Shown in pieces: positions 11,620-23,525 of a DNA stretch of 64,000 nt. Made by a program: the position numbers and the translations under genes. Position 1 is the stretch's first letter, and every line of letters starts with the position of its first letter. The stretch lies in the NCBI GenBank assembly GCA_973895155.1, contig OZ316893.1:4974171-5038170 (forward strand). The letters are read 5' to 3'. This stretch comes from Marsupella aquatica (Eukaryota; Plantae; Marchantiophyta). Under the pieces are notes generated by a model, which was not told the origin of the DNA, ran no database searches, and saw nothing but the letters and a program-made list of their open reading frames with translations.

Positions 11620-12020
11620 TTCACTTTCACAGTACGTTCACTATATGCAACTCCCCTACTTGACTCTAGCTCCCGCAGCTGCCTAGCCATGTGCTCAGTT
11701 GTATTTGCCTCCATTGTAGGCCATTGATTTGAAATCGTTCGTCATACATTCCCCAGATTTCCATCTTCATCCTCGATTACCAGGTGTCCACAATGGTGCT
11801 CCCACTGCTGCTTCCTGTCACAATTCCCGAGATCACAATTTGTCTCGTATCAATCCTTGACTCAAAGGTGACCGAGAAGGTGACTTTGCATGCTCTCACC
11901 ATCCCCCCTTCATTATCGCTAAATTTCTCTGCCTCCCACGCTTCTTACTCTCACTTTACCACCGCGGCTATTATCCCCCACGTTTGGGAGATGGGCGGCT
12001 CCCGCACTCACAACAATAAG
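11620..12020 (+). pseudogene. Decayed fourth member of the proline-rich protein family
   Basis: The 3' end CTCACCATCCCC...TCTCTGCCTCCCA...CCCACGTTTGGGAGATGGGCGGCTCCC matches the end of the 17168 gene (CTCACCATACCC...TCCCTGCCTCCCA...CCCACGTTTGGAAGAAAGGCATCCCC; PTFGR). No intact frame or signal peptide; the 5' boundary is approximate. Confidence 0.5.
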
Positions 12021-12697
12021 ATAAAAGCAGGATGGGGCCAGTTGATTTGCAACAGTACCTACTGTAGGGAGGATTAAACTAAATGCTCACCATTTACGAA
12101 TGCTACAATTCTTATTTGGAAGTAACCCGACCTGATATTGGTTCCAACAAAGTACGACTCACAAATTCTACCAATTGATCTGTGCCAAAATTCGTTCTCG
12201 ATTCGGGCTAAAGTAACATTCTGTTCGGAGGCCTTCGTGCTGCACTTGGTTCACGAGGACAAAGCTATATATCATTCATGGACAAAGCCTGCACTAGCTT
12301 CGGTCAAAATTAGAGCAGAGGTTTAACATTCGAGAACAAACATTTTTCACCGCAGGAGGGGCAGATTTGATGGTAATATTCGACATAAATGTGTCCCTTT
12401 TGGGGGTGGCGTCCGCCGTTATCCGTTGTTGCTGGGTGGCATGGGCAGTGGGGTCCTGACACTTTAACTCCGATTGACGGGTTAAGGGTTTCATGGTTGA
12501 CCCGCTTGTTGCATATATCTACAGTAAAATAAACACACGCAAGTTCGCTCGTCCAAAGAATTTGGATGGCTCAGTTCGTTGTCCAAAGAGCATAGAACGG
12601 GTCATTTGCCGGAATTGGGAGACTTTTTGCAGCTCTTGCGGTTCGTAATGGTGGGACTCATCCTGTGACTTCATGAAGTGGCCTGAAGTTTTGCCAC

Positions 12698-12757
12698 GAG
12701 AATTGCCACGCTCAACTACCTCCCAGCTACTTGAGGTAGTTGAGCGTGGCAATTCTC
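12698..12757. ncRNA. Perfect 25-bp stem hairpin (pre-miRNA/siRNA candidate)
   Basis: GAGAATTGCCACGCTCAACTACCTC (12698-12722), a 10-nt loop, then the exact reverse complement GAGGTAGTTGAGCGTGGCAATTCTC (12733-12757). Confidence 0.4.
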
Positions 12758-13298
12758 TTCGATCCGTCCTGGACTGGATTAGCTTGAATCGTGAGAGAAT
12801 GGCACAGAAGAACGTCTCACGGACGACTTACTGTTGTCTGAATTGATAGTGGCCAACAAGATATTTTCGCCAGCATGTATCATCAGTTTCTGTGGTGAAA
12901 AGCCGTTCGCTGCGGTGATTTCTCGCGACCGTTTAGGAGAGATGATTATCTCCTAAAGGCAAGCTTCAGGTTGCAAAGAAAATGAGTCGACAGCTGGCTG
13001 CAGGGAGTGTGAGGTAGGATTTGGCCCTAATACATATTGTGAGGAGTAGGCACGAGGAGGTCTCTTCCATGGATGCATCCTGTTAATTGACTTGAGCTGA
13101 TGCTATGCGGGATGCTCAGATTCCAGGTATCTCGTTGCCTTGTGGAGCTTTGCCGCCTTTTCCTTTACATCTGGTTGAAGTCTTCTTGCTTAGTTGGACC
13201 CTTTCGTTTCCCTCGCGATCAGTCGGAATTTTCTCCACACCCAAGATATATCATCTGCAAAGTCTTAGGGGTTGAACTTGTTGCAGCATGGGATTCGG

Positions 13299-13350
13299 AT
13301 ATTTACATCTTGATGGTTTCACTTATATTTACATCTTGATGGTTTCACTT
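13299..13350. repeat. Perfect 26-bp tandem duplication
   Basis: ATATTTACATCTTGATGGTTTCACTT x2. Confidence 0.9.
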
Positions 13351-15192
13351 ACAGATTTCCACGAATTTGCATATTGAAGAACATAGACGTTGAAAGCTTT
13401 TGTGAGGGCAGGAGAAATCGAATCTTCATTCTTATGAATATGGTAGTATAAGTTAAGAATGATAGCGTGTGCATGAGCAAATGCTGGCAACTACCAAAGC
13501 CCAACGGTGCACCTAAATTTGAATTAAAAACCAAAGAAACGATACTTCATGATGAAGAAAACAACGTCATGACCGTGATGTTGTATTTACGGGATTGAGC
13601 CTAGTTAGGCAATGTCCTGATTATTTTAGAGTCGATTGCTTATTGCAATAGTGGCAAAATATTTTAGCGGCAGCAAGGTTGTACGGAAACCCACCTGTTG
13701 TTCAAATGTAACACTTGTTGACGAGTTTAGCAACAAAAAAGGAGCTCGTTTGACGGTAGGCCGTTCGTTTAGCTCAGCTTGTCAACAAATTCGTAATATC
13801 AAATCTGATAAATGCCAGATTGGGCTTTCGTTAGGCTCAGATCGCAGGCTCGAATATCATAGCAACTCAAAGAATCCTTTTCAAGCCTGTGAGTCCTGCA
13901 TGCAATACGAAACCACCGCAATTTTTGTACTAGGTGGTACACCTTCTTGCAGTTGTGTATGGTGACAGTCTAGGGAGCACTTGTTATTCCTTTTTCCATC
14001 GGCATATTATCCGCTATCCTAATTTGTCTATGGCAAGAGCTTTCAATTCTCCTTTCAACTAGTCCAGAGGCTAAGTGAAGAATATCTAGTTATCAAAACT
14101 GAGTCCTTTTTCAGTTTCGATTCGTTTTTCTTATCGCAAGAGCTATCATACTTTTCGCACTGGAACAAGGAAAGAACTCGTATAGAAACTGTTTTCTTCA
14201 AAGCGCTAACTACTACGAAATACACGTCCTGCAGAAACTACTTGTGTAGAATCGGCTGGAAAGTTTCTTTGAAGGACAAACGATTATTTGATCATAGTTA
14301 TCGCTGCACTGCACGGCGTCCAAATTCAACCGCAGGTCAACAACTGAACCTTTCGCAGTTATAAAAAATTCACATTTATATGAACAAGTTCGAATTGAAT
14401 TTGTCTATTCTCTCGAAGATTTGGCCATTCAACTATACTTGAACTTGTGCAATTTTGAGAACTTTATTTCGAAGCTTGAATGAATCAAGTCCGCAGCTCT
14501 GGCGGTTATTGCTCGCTGAACCCAATTTATTGAAGGACTAGAACCACTCTAATCATGTAGATGAATTTGTCAGGCTAAGTGTGATAAATCTGTCGGAGTA
14601 CTTGCCCATCTTCATTTATTTTTGAGAAGATTCTGCTGCCACGGTGTAATGTCGGGTGCATGACTTCAGTGTCCCCCAGTACCTATTTAAACAATTACTC
14701 GGTCTCCATTGCATGTCACGCTTGTTTTTCTACTGCAAACCTGTTCTAACACTGAGCCGACCTTCACAGTGATATTATGATCGTAATCATATTATCTGAA
14801 CGTGGAATTGTTTGGCATTACGCTTGCTGTATGCCGGACACAGCCCTTCACGTGAATTTTCTGGGGCTTCGATGTCCTTCGTCATTTCATCACTCCTTCC
14901 TTAAACGCTTCCACGGGAGGTACTATCCGAAAAGCAATCAACGACATCCCTCGATCAGTCTGAGAGAAGCCAAAAGAAATCAATCTGATTTAGAAAGTAC
15001 AAACTTGCAAAGAGAATTAGACAAGCAGCTAGCTACAACATGCGCTCGATCGATCACAGGGAAAGAGTCTCTTGATCAACTTGAATAAGAGGCATTAGTA
15101 CAAAATACCACTTGAGCATTACAGAAGTCCATACCTATTGCATGTTCGGAGCCTGCATGTTCGGAAGAGCCACACCAGTCAGTCACATCCTG

Positions 15193-15773
15193 CTAGTTAT
15201 GAGCTCCAGGGAACGCAGGACGCCTTCAGGGTAATTGGAAGGTTGGGGGGGCAAAGAAATGAATGGACGATAAGGCCAGGCATGGTCAGGTAAGCTGGAT
15301 TCCCCCGGGAATGCGCACGCCAGGGACGCGAGGGATTATTGTCTTCGCAGGCAAGCTGATTCCGTTGACACGAGAATTTTGAGGTTGGCTAGCTGGGGTA
15401 AAGGAGGCAGATGGAGGCCTTTCAGGTGACAGGCGGTTTGACACTGGAGGAATGGAGAAGCCTGGGACGATAGTTATGCCAGGCCGAGTGCCCTTACTGG
15501 GAGGCGGAGGCAGGGCAACCTCGGGAAGTTTGGGCAACGAGACTCGAGGGAGAGGAAGGTGAGGAAGCGGAGGCGAGGCAACCTTGGGAAGTCTGGCAAG
15601 GAGAGCGGGCGCAACGAGACCTGTGGAAGTTGAAGGGTACTGTCCAGAGAAACATCATAGTCTACCCGCTCGCTGAAACTGGCAGAAGTAAGCGATGCCT
15701 GTGCGAGAATCCACACTGCCACCAGGACCAGAGCTCCCAAGAATGACCCTCGGCTACGGTTAGTCACAGCCAT
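15193..15773 (-). pseudogene. Secreted proline-rich protein paralogue 1 (frameshifted; pseudogene or sequencing errors)
   Basis: Signal peptide MAVTNRSRGSFLGALVLVAVWILAQASLTSA, then RVDYDVSLD, LPKLPEVALPP and a tail ISLPPPTFQLP*RRPAFPGAHN* like its paralogues. Frame breaks near 15550 and 15290. TATA-like TATATAA on the minus strand at ~15960. Confidence 0.7.
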
Positions 15774-17167
15774 GTTTGAACCAGTCAACTCGATCCCGGC
15801 CGTACCCTGATCAAAGCGCATGCAAAAAGCACGAAATGCTCAGGTTCCCAAACTGATTAAGGAGTTGCACGCACCGCCTCAGAAGAGCACCTGAGGTAAA
15901 CAAAGCTGGACAACGAGTGAATCTAGACATCGAGCAAATAGGTCCCAGTACGTGCAGATTATATAAGTATTTCAAGCCCTGTCGGAGGGCAGCCTGAGCC
16001 TTGTCAAGCTACTTCGGCATCGTCTCAGCCATCAATCTCTGGATCGTACGTGGTTGTTGGTGCGAGCTTACTATGTATGCCGTAAATCATCTGTCTGCTG
16101 CCAGCTTCGTCATAAAATAATCTCGGATATTCATGTTGACTAAGTGAGTCTCATCCCAGTCTCAGGCTCTCACATCGCGGGGTTGGTAGGTTTCGAGGCT
16201 GTTCATCTGACATCAAACCGCTCCAGCAGTCGATCAGTGCAGAATTTGCAAGAACCACTGTAGCACTGCAGAAGTGAGAAGGACGGCCAGTGTGTCCGAG
16301 ATGACAGGACCAGAACTCTTGAAACGTCCATCTGATCTGGCCAGGGGTAGCTCGATCCCATTCGACGACTTTGCGTCCGGAATTTTGAAATTGGCAGGTG
16401 ACAGTTCTGACTTGAACTGGTCCTACCCATGCAAGCCTGCACCTTTTTCACCGAAACATTCTAGTGTAGCTCGAACGGCTTCCTTTCTTGCAAGCTGATC
16501 GGTTAAATTATCAATGCATTCGGTAGATTATTGCTCAAGTCGTCGACTGTGAAGTCTGTTGCTGAGAAAACAATAATGGCGACATGACTGGGTGTACGTC
16601 CCACGTTGATTGTTCTTCCAATTGCTTCGCTACTCCAAGCCGACGGTGCATTCTGACCGCAATTAGGAATCCGCAATTAGGAATCTAACATTGATGCCCT
16701 TAGTCTTTGTTAAGTGGGTAGATAGGAATCTCGCGAGCCAGGAATTCGAAGCTTTCGAAACCTAACCCTCTCGATGACAATCATGGTACGTCACGATGAC
16801 AATCATCCTCTTGATTGGGGTTGGCAAAGATGAACAGTGAAGACCTTGCGTTAAACTGCTTCGTTCCATACCAAGCATTAATTTGGACCAGCTCCTGAAG
16901 AAAGGTATAAGATCTGCAGCATCTTGCATGGGATACACCCAGTTCAGGAGTTGCTTTCTCGCATATCAATCCTTACCTTGGAAGTGAGGAGTAGAGTTCC
17001 GTCGCTCGGCTCCGTGATCATTCGGATGTTGAGCTGGCTACCAAAGTTCAGCGTCAGTGAGAAACTGACTTTAAGGAAGATTGACAACGTACTGGGATCG
17101 AAAGAGAGTGTGATATTTTACTTCTAGCTTCCATTGCTCAGGCATTCTCGAAGCTCATACGTGGGAG

Positions 17168-17791
17168 ATGGCTGCAATAAGATGCAACAGGAGTTCGATG
17201 GTGGGAGGTGTAGCGTTAGTCCTCTGGGCTCTCGCTCATGTCAGTCTTTGTTCTGCCGATATCAGCACGCACACGGAGTTTGATGTTGACGTGACAGCGT
17301 CGGGGCTCCCCACATTCTCCCTCCCCACATTCCCCCTCCCCACTCTCCCCACTCTCCCCAAGCTTCCTCAGTTCTCGTTGCCTCCTCTCCCACAAATTTC
17401 TCTGCCGCAGCTCCCTAAAGTTAGTCTCCCGCCGCTGCCTGGTCAAGTCACCCTCCCTGGGTTGAATGTGCCTAAGTTCTCCTTGCCTCCATTGCAGCCC
17501 CTCAATGTTCCCGAGTTCATGCTACCCCCTTTTCCCCAGCCTACCGTCTCCATTCCAAAATTCCCTGGTGTGACGCTCCCATCTACAACGTTGCTTCCGC
17601 CTCTACCTGCCTTCAAACTCCCCGCCCTCTCCATTCCTCCCGTACAGCCTCGAACCTTTACCGTACCCGAGGTGAATCCAGCTGGCCTCACCATACCCAA
17701 GTTTACTGTTCCTCCAGTTTCCCTGCCTCCCAGCACATTCGTTTTTCCCACGTTTGGAAGAAAGGCATCCCCGGGAACCACAAAGAACTAG
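17168..17791 (+). CDS. Secreted proline-rich (PELPK/PRP-like) cell-wall-type protein, intact, 207 aa
   Basis: Hydrophobic signal peptide (GGVALVLWALAHVSLCSA), short acidic motif THTEFDVDV, then LP[TQK]FSLPPL repeats; single open frame. Confidence 0.85.
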   Translation: MAAIRCNRSSMVGGVALVLWALAHVSLCSADISTHTEFDVDVTASGLPTFSLPTFPLPTLPTLPKLPQFSLPPLPQISLPQLPKVSLPPLPGQVTLPGLNVPKFSLPPLQPLNVPEFMLPPFPQPTVSIPKFPGVTLPSTTLLPPLPAFKLPALSIPPVQPRTFTVPEVNPAGLTIPKFTVPPVSLPPSTFVFPTFGRKASPGTTKN

Positions 17792-18047
17792 GGCGATGCA
17801 GAATGGGCCGGTCGAGGGTTTCTTTGGCTGGTAAGGATCTCTGTAAATTTGAATTCTCTGTTTAACGAGTTTTCGTCAGATTGTAAATGAATAGTCTCTA
17901 TGTTCATCCTGCTGTTTTAGTATCTTGGATGCATACAGAAACATAAATCTTCTTGTTGCATTCTGTGTTGTGCATTGGAAAGAACAGCGAGTGTTCAAAT
18001 TTCACCTTGGTCAAGTTGCTGCTGACAACTCTGTAAGTTGGAGGAAT

Positions 18048-21000
18048 GGATTCAACAACAGTCGGCGTCTTCATCAGTGGGGTAAACCAAGATTCTGCAC
18101 CAAGAAACCGGCTGCTTTAGTACAACTACATCAACTGGTAGATCCTAACACTGAGTCAAGTACAAATACATCAGTTCACATTGCGAACGAAGCCCTTGAT
18201 ATGGCACTACTTAAACGTAGCTCAAGATGCTGGGGCGACACGGAAATAATTCGCAGGAGTTCAAGACGAGAGATATCGAAACAATTCCGAGATTAGACAT
18301 TTATTTTGAAACGGTACAGATGTTTAAAAGTACATTTGGTAATAAGTGGAAATTTCCACAAGATGGCGCAAAAGGGGGCGCAAGACTGACAATAGTCACA
18401 ACCATCAGCTGGATCTATCTTCTGGTCACAGTTGATTTGTAGCTACATGGCTATCAATAAAATCTCAATAGAGGAATTGACAATGTTCTATATCTTTATA
18501 GTGCACACCTCTTTGGTGACACTAATTTACTGGATACAAGACATCGAGGGAAAGCTTCGAAACATAAATAGGGACTGACCCAACTGACTTGTTCTGTCAT
18601 ACTGCTAAGTTCTAAGATTCATGGCAAGAGTGTTCTGGATAATTGTGTCTGATTCATCCACGTGCTGTGGTACAGATGCAGCCTCTATTTTCCTTCTTGT
18701 GATTACCATACTTCGATTAAATGAGTACTTTGGACGTGCATGGGACTTGTGCTTCAGCCTCACTTAGCTGTAACTTTTTAGAAACCTATGGCCTTACCAA
18801 TCCCTACCACCGCCACCTTCCGAGATCATGGTTGGCTCATGCGACCCCCAGGATGTAGGCCAACTACTTATAGCACATTTAAATGAGATTTCGCTTTATA
18901 ATCTGATTCCCGTCTAGTGTCGACATGTGCATCTTGGATTTAAAACCCCCTTCTGTCGTCCTTCGTCCTTGACGATCCTAAAAATTTCAGTGGATGTCTA
19001 CCGAGGTTTCACATCGCATGCTTGGAGTGAATCGCAGACTTATCACTAGCTAAATACACTTCACTTGTGCAAATTTCCACGACCCTATATGAAACCTCGC
19101 CTGGACAGAGATTCTATCCAAGTACGTGCGATTTATCGTATGGCGTTTACTTGTCGAGGTGCACATACTCAAGACTGTAGCTGTATCATTTTGAGCATTG
19201 ACCACTCGCAAGCTACCGTAGATCTCTGAACTCTCATCACAATGTTCATCTCGATTGCGCAAGCTCTGATGCGGTTAAGTTATTGACTAATTGGAAGGAG
19301 TCCTTCCTCAATGTTTTTACTTAATTATGGCCCTTGACAAAATTACAGCCATGAAGAAATTCCAAGTACAATCTGAGATTATTTGAACTCAATACAATCT
19401 CAAATAACTTTTCCCCGTCTCTAGAAATCATTTCTTTTAAAGTGCAATCCGATTTCGACTACAATTGTAGCCTCTCCAAGATGATTCCAATTACACCGTC
19501 GAACATTTATGGGATGAATCTGTTGATTATGGTTGTTGTATGACTACTCCTGTCTGCAATGCGATAACTCTTCGTGCTAATACTCCGTGCTAGAACGTTG
19601 CTCTCCTAATCTTTGTCATTTCGTCCCAATTCGTGAGCCCATGGCTCCAAAGAGTAGGTATCCTGAAAGTGTGTAGCAATTTAAGTACGTTGGTGATACC
19701 AAATTCAGTAAACAAACCAACTCCATGCACAACCCCGTGCACAATTCAACCTCAAACCTCCAAAACAGAATTCAAAAGTTAATAACTATTCGCTATATAC
19801 AATATATGTTACTATTTCTGGCACTTTAACTCAGTTCCAAGTTAACCCAAGTGTCTGAACAGAAGGCCTTTTCCAATTCCCAGCGTGCTCTTATGATAAA
19901 ATCGAAACTGGTAGCAAACATAATGAGCTGGCCAAACGTAGGCCTTGTGACGGCTACTTTGGCTGGAACACTACTTTGGCTGGAACACAGGCCCTATCCA
20001 AGGGAGGATTGGAATGATATTGCCAAAACTTGGAGCTGAGGAATTGGAATTCGTGAAGTCATGGTTGAGGACCGATGGGAATTGTAGGGACTTTATGAAT
20101 TTCAACTCATGAACTGCTGTGATGATTTTTATGGAACAAAATTAATGCTTTGCAGTTGAAATGTTCTCAGGTCAGAGAAGGCTTCATCCCAAGAACTCTT
20201 AACATACAAGACAGTCAAGACTTTAAATCCCCAACATCTCGATTCTCCCGTATCTTCTCAAAATCTTCTCCTGCCCCTAGCGTACCATTGATTTCCATTC
20301 CAGGAGATGTTAGGCTCCATGATGTGTCATCAAATTCTCAATTTGACGAGTCTGTTAGATTGAAGATGAGGCCTCTAAATTCATAGTGTATCGCATCGTG
20401 GATGCATACATATATCTTGTAGACAGTTGACTTCAGTTGTCAGAAAGAACTGCAATTTTGAGTGTTGACCTTCATCCTACTGCTGGTAGCTCCGTCACTG
20501 GGCGTGATAGGTCATGCGAATGCAACAATATTCAGCGTCTTCGTCAGTTGGGCAAAAGCAAGACCCTAAACCCTAAACCCTAAACTTGTGTACAATTACA
20601 GCAGAACATGTTGACACGCCGACTCATGTACATATCAATCAGTCAATAAGAAAGACCTTTAGGCTTGGCAATAGTTGGATCACGAAGTGTTGCGCAAATA
20701 ACTCGTCCAGATCGAGATCATTTGATAGGGCTTAGACATCGATGTTTGCAAGTACATTGCTAGACAGTATAAAATTTCAAACAACGGCTGCCAGGACAGC
20801 TTGCAGGTGCCCTTTGAAGAATATTCATCACTCCACATTCACTGACAACACATACAATCATCAGCGGGATCTGTCTTCGAGTCACAGTTGAATAGTTTTA
20901 TGAACATTGGAGGGAATGTCTAGTGAACGTTATCATTCGTTATACGGCTGTCATGAAATCTCAATAAGATTAATACTAAGAACAATGTTAGACCTTTTAT

Positions 21001-21670
21001 CGGGCTTTTATTGTTCTGCGCACATCTATTATTACCTGTTTGGTGAACACTTTTTTTTTTCCATAATCATCCAGGGAAAGCTTTGAAATACGGCTGACCC
21101 TACTGGCTTGCTCTTTCAGAGTGCCAAGTCCAAATATTCACGACGTCCTGGATATGTCTGCCTCACCTTCCTCACTGGCTGTTTTATTGTCAGCGTCCCT
21201 TGGCAAAATTTAGTCCTGGAAGAATCTCGAAACTACAATCTCGGATACACAGATCATTTCAACTGCGTTATCCTCTAGTCCTTTTCCCTCGTCCTCTAAA
21301 ATGCAGCTACAATGAGTATGTCTATGTGAGAGACTCCTACTGTCGTGATGCCCTGATTTATTTTAGATTGCAATCCAACTCATACTACAATTCTAGCATA
21401 ATATTCCAATTCCAGGTTCTGGTCTTTTCCAGCTGAAGCTGCAAAGCATCCTTGTTGCAACTCTCTACTCCTGTTGCCATGCGGTAACTCTGTTCGCAAA
21501 GACTTTATTTTCTTCGTGCCAGAACTTTGCCCTCAAGTGTCTGTTGTCCGTCCCATTTCGTGCGCAGATGGCTTGGATGAATCTGTAAATAACTATGCTT
21601 GTTGTAAGACTGCTCCTGTCTGCAATGCCGTGTCTGCTCGCAAAGAGCTTTTATTACTTCGTGCCAACTT
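18048..21670 (+). repeat. Old, diverged direct duplication (copy A ~18048-19580; copy B ~20518-21670)
   Basis: Colinear shared blocks: GCGTCTTC.TCAGT.GG (18065/20535), CATCAGC.GGATCT.TCTTC..GTCACAGTTGA (18403/20859), AGGGAAAGCTT.GAAA (18547/21073), GGATGAATCTGT...CTCCTGTCTGCAATGC (19512/21575). Confidence 0.75.
20563..20585. repeat. Interstitial plant telomeric repeat (CCCTAAA)3
   Basis: ACCCTAAACCCTAAACCCTAAAC. Confidence 0.85.
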
Positions 21671-21991
21671 CTTATTCTAAACATACTTAGACTCCATACC
21701 AAAGACCTTTTGAACTGAATTTCAATCAAAGCAAATCGCATGAATTAAGATTTGGAAATGTTTGGAGTTCTGGCGCTTCTCTCCTACTCTCTCCTACTCT
21801 CTCCTCCTCTTCTGGTTTTATAAAGAAGACCTGCCCAAAGTATACAGCCATTAAGTTCGATATGGTATCCCAAAAGTAACAAACTAATTCAGGCACAACG
21901 ACAACGGATACAAAGCATACAGATTTACTCTGTCCATCACCACATGTTATTTCTAAATATCATGAACACTGATAATTTCCACCACGATTTC

Positions 21992-23525
21992 TTACCAGGC
22001 ATTTGGGAGAGTTCGCAAGTGGAATCTGTTCTTCTTGTCCATCTGCGCTCCAGGGGATACACGCCTGGCAGGTGTTCCAAACGTAGGGAACACTATAGGA
22101 GCTGGCTGCAAAGTGACACTAGGTGTTTTCGAAGCTGTGGGGGAGACAGTAATTCGAGGGATGGTGGGAGAAAATGTGGAGCTGGGGAACCCAGGGATTG
22201 TGATTGTCAGGGGCTGCGCTGGTAGCAACGTCAAACTGGGCAACGGAGAGATTTGCAGGGGCTGCACTGGTGGCAAAGAAAAAGTAGGCAAGGGCGGAAT
22301 TTCAATGGGCAGCACTGGTGGCAACGAGATACTAGGCAAAGGAGGCAATTTCAGGGACTGCACTGGTGGCAAAGAAAAACTTGGCAAGGGAGGGATTTCA
22401 ATGGGCTGCACAGGTGGCAACGAGAAACTTGGCTTTGGAGAAGCTGTGACGGTGGGCAAGGGAGGAAATTTCAGGGGCTGCACTAGTGGCAAAGAAAAAC
22501 TAGGCAAGGGAGGGGTTTTGAAGGGCTCCACTTGTGGCAGCGAGAAACTAGGCAAAGGAAGCATTTCAAGGGGCTGCGCTGGTAGCAACGAGAAACTCGG
22601 CAAGGAGGGGATTTTAATGGGCTGCACTGGCGGCAACGAGAAACTGGGCAAGGGAGGCAATTTCAGGGGCTGCACTGGTGGCAACGAAAAACTAGGCATT
22701 GGGGGCAATGTCATGGGCTCCACTTGTGGCAAGGAGAAACTGGGAGGGATTTCAAGGGGCTGCACTGGTGGCAAAGAGACAGTGACAGCGGGAACAGAAA
22801 TGGGCGGAATGGTGATGCCGGGAATGGTAAGGTCAGCTGGATTAATTGCGGGAATTGCCAAAGTTCGAGCAGGCTCAGGAGGGATGTCGATCTCAGGGAT
22901 GCGGAAAGAAGGCAGCTGTGGAAGAATTGTGGTGTCCGACGGCCATTTCACAGCTGGTAGTTGAGGAATCGTCAAGGTCACCTGGGTGACAGAGGAAAGA
23001 TGCAATTGGGTGATGGAGAGGTCAGCCAGATCGACCTTGGATTTCATGGTAATAGTGGCGGTAGTAGGAGGAGGGATAGAGATCTCAGGGTGGCGGACAG
23101 AAGGCAGAGGTGGAACGACCGCAATTGAAGGCAAATGGATCCCGGGGATTGAAGGAATTGTGATTTTGGGAGTTGGGAGAGGAGGAAGATGCAACCCGGG
23201 GATATCAAGGCTTCAATGGGGGCAACGACAACATGGGCACGTTCACGCCTGGGATAGTAACTTCACTGGGTAGCGTGGGGAGACTCAATTTGGGGATGTT
23301 CGGCACCGAAAATTGCGGGAGGGGAGGGATCGCAATCTTCGGCACAGAGAGTCTAGGGAGCGATGCAGACGGGACTTTGAAGGAAGGCACTGACGGTCGT
23401 ACCTCAGCCTCAAACTCTGCATGTGTGCTCAAACCTGCAGACGAGGGAGAAATCGCTGCAAGCAGCCAGAGGATGACCACTACAGCTCCTCTCATCGACC
23501 TTCCGTTGCAACTAATTGCAGCCAT
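21992..23525 (-). CDS. Secreted proline-rich protein paralogue 3 with an expanded 16-aa repeat (one frameshift at ~23205)
   Basis: N-terminus MAAISCNGRSMRGAVVVILWLLAAISPSSAGLSTHAEFEAEV is homologous to the 17168 gene. About 12 copies of SFSLPPVQP(L/I)xxPPLP follow, and the C-terminus is IVFPTFG..RRVSPGA. Confidence 0.8.

Noticed and set aside
12732-12752. TGAGGTAGT resembles the 5' end of animal let-7
   Set aside because: Only 9 nt match, the rest differs and the context is plant DNA; treated as coincidence.
22035-22964. 309-aa Gly-rich ORF with GCTGGxEKLGKGG repeats
   Set aside because: Antisense of the proline-rich gene, which has a signal peptide and paralogues on the other strand.
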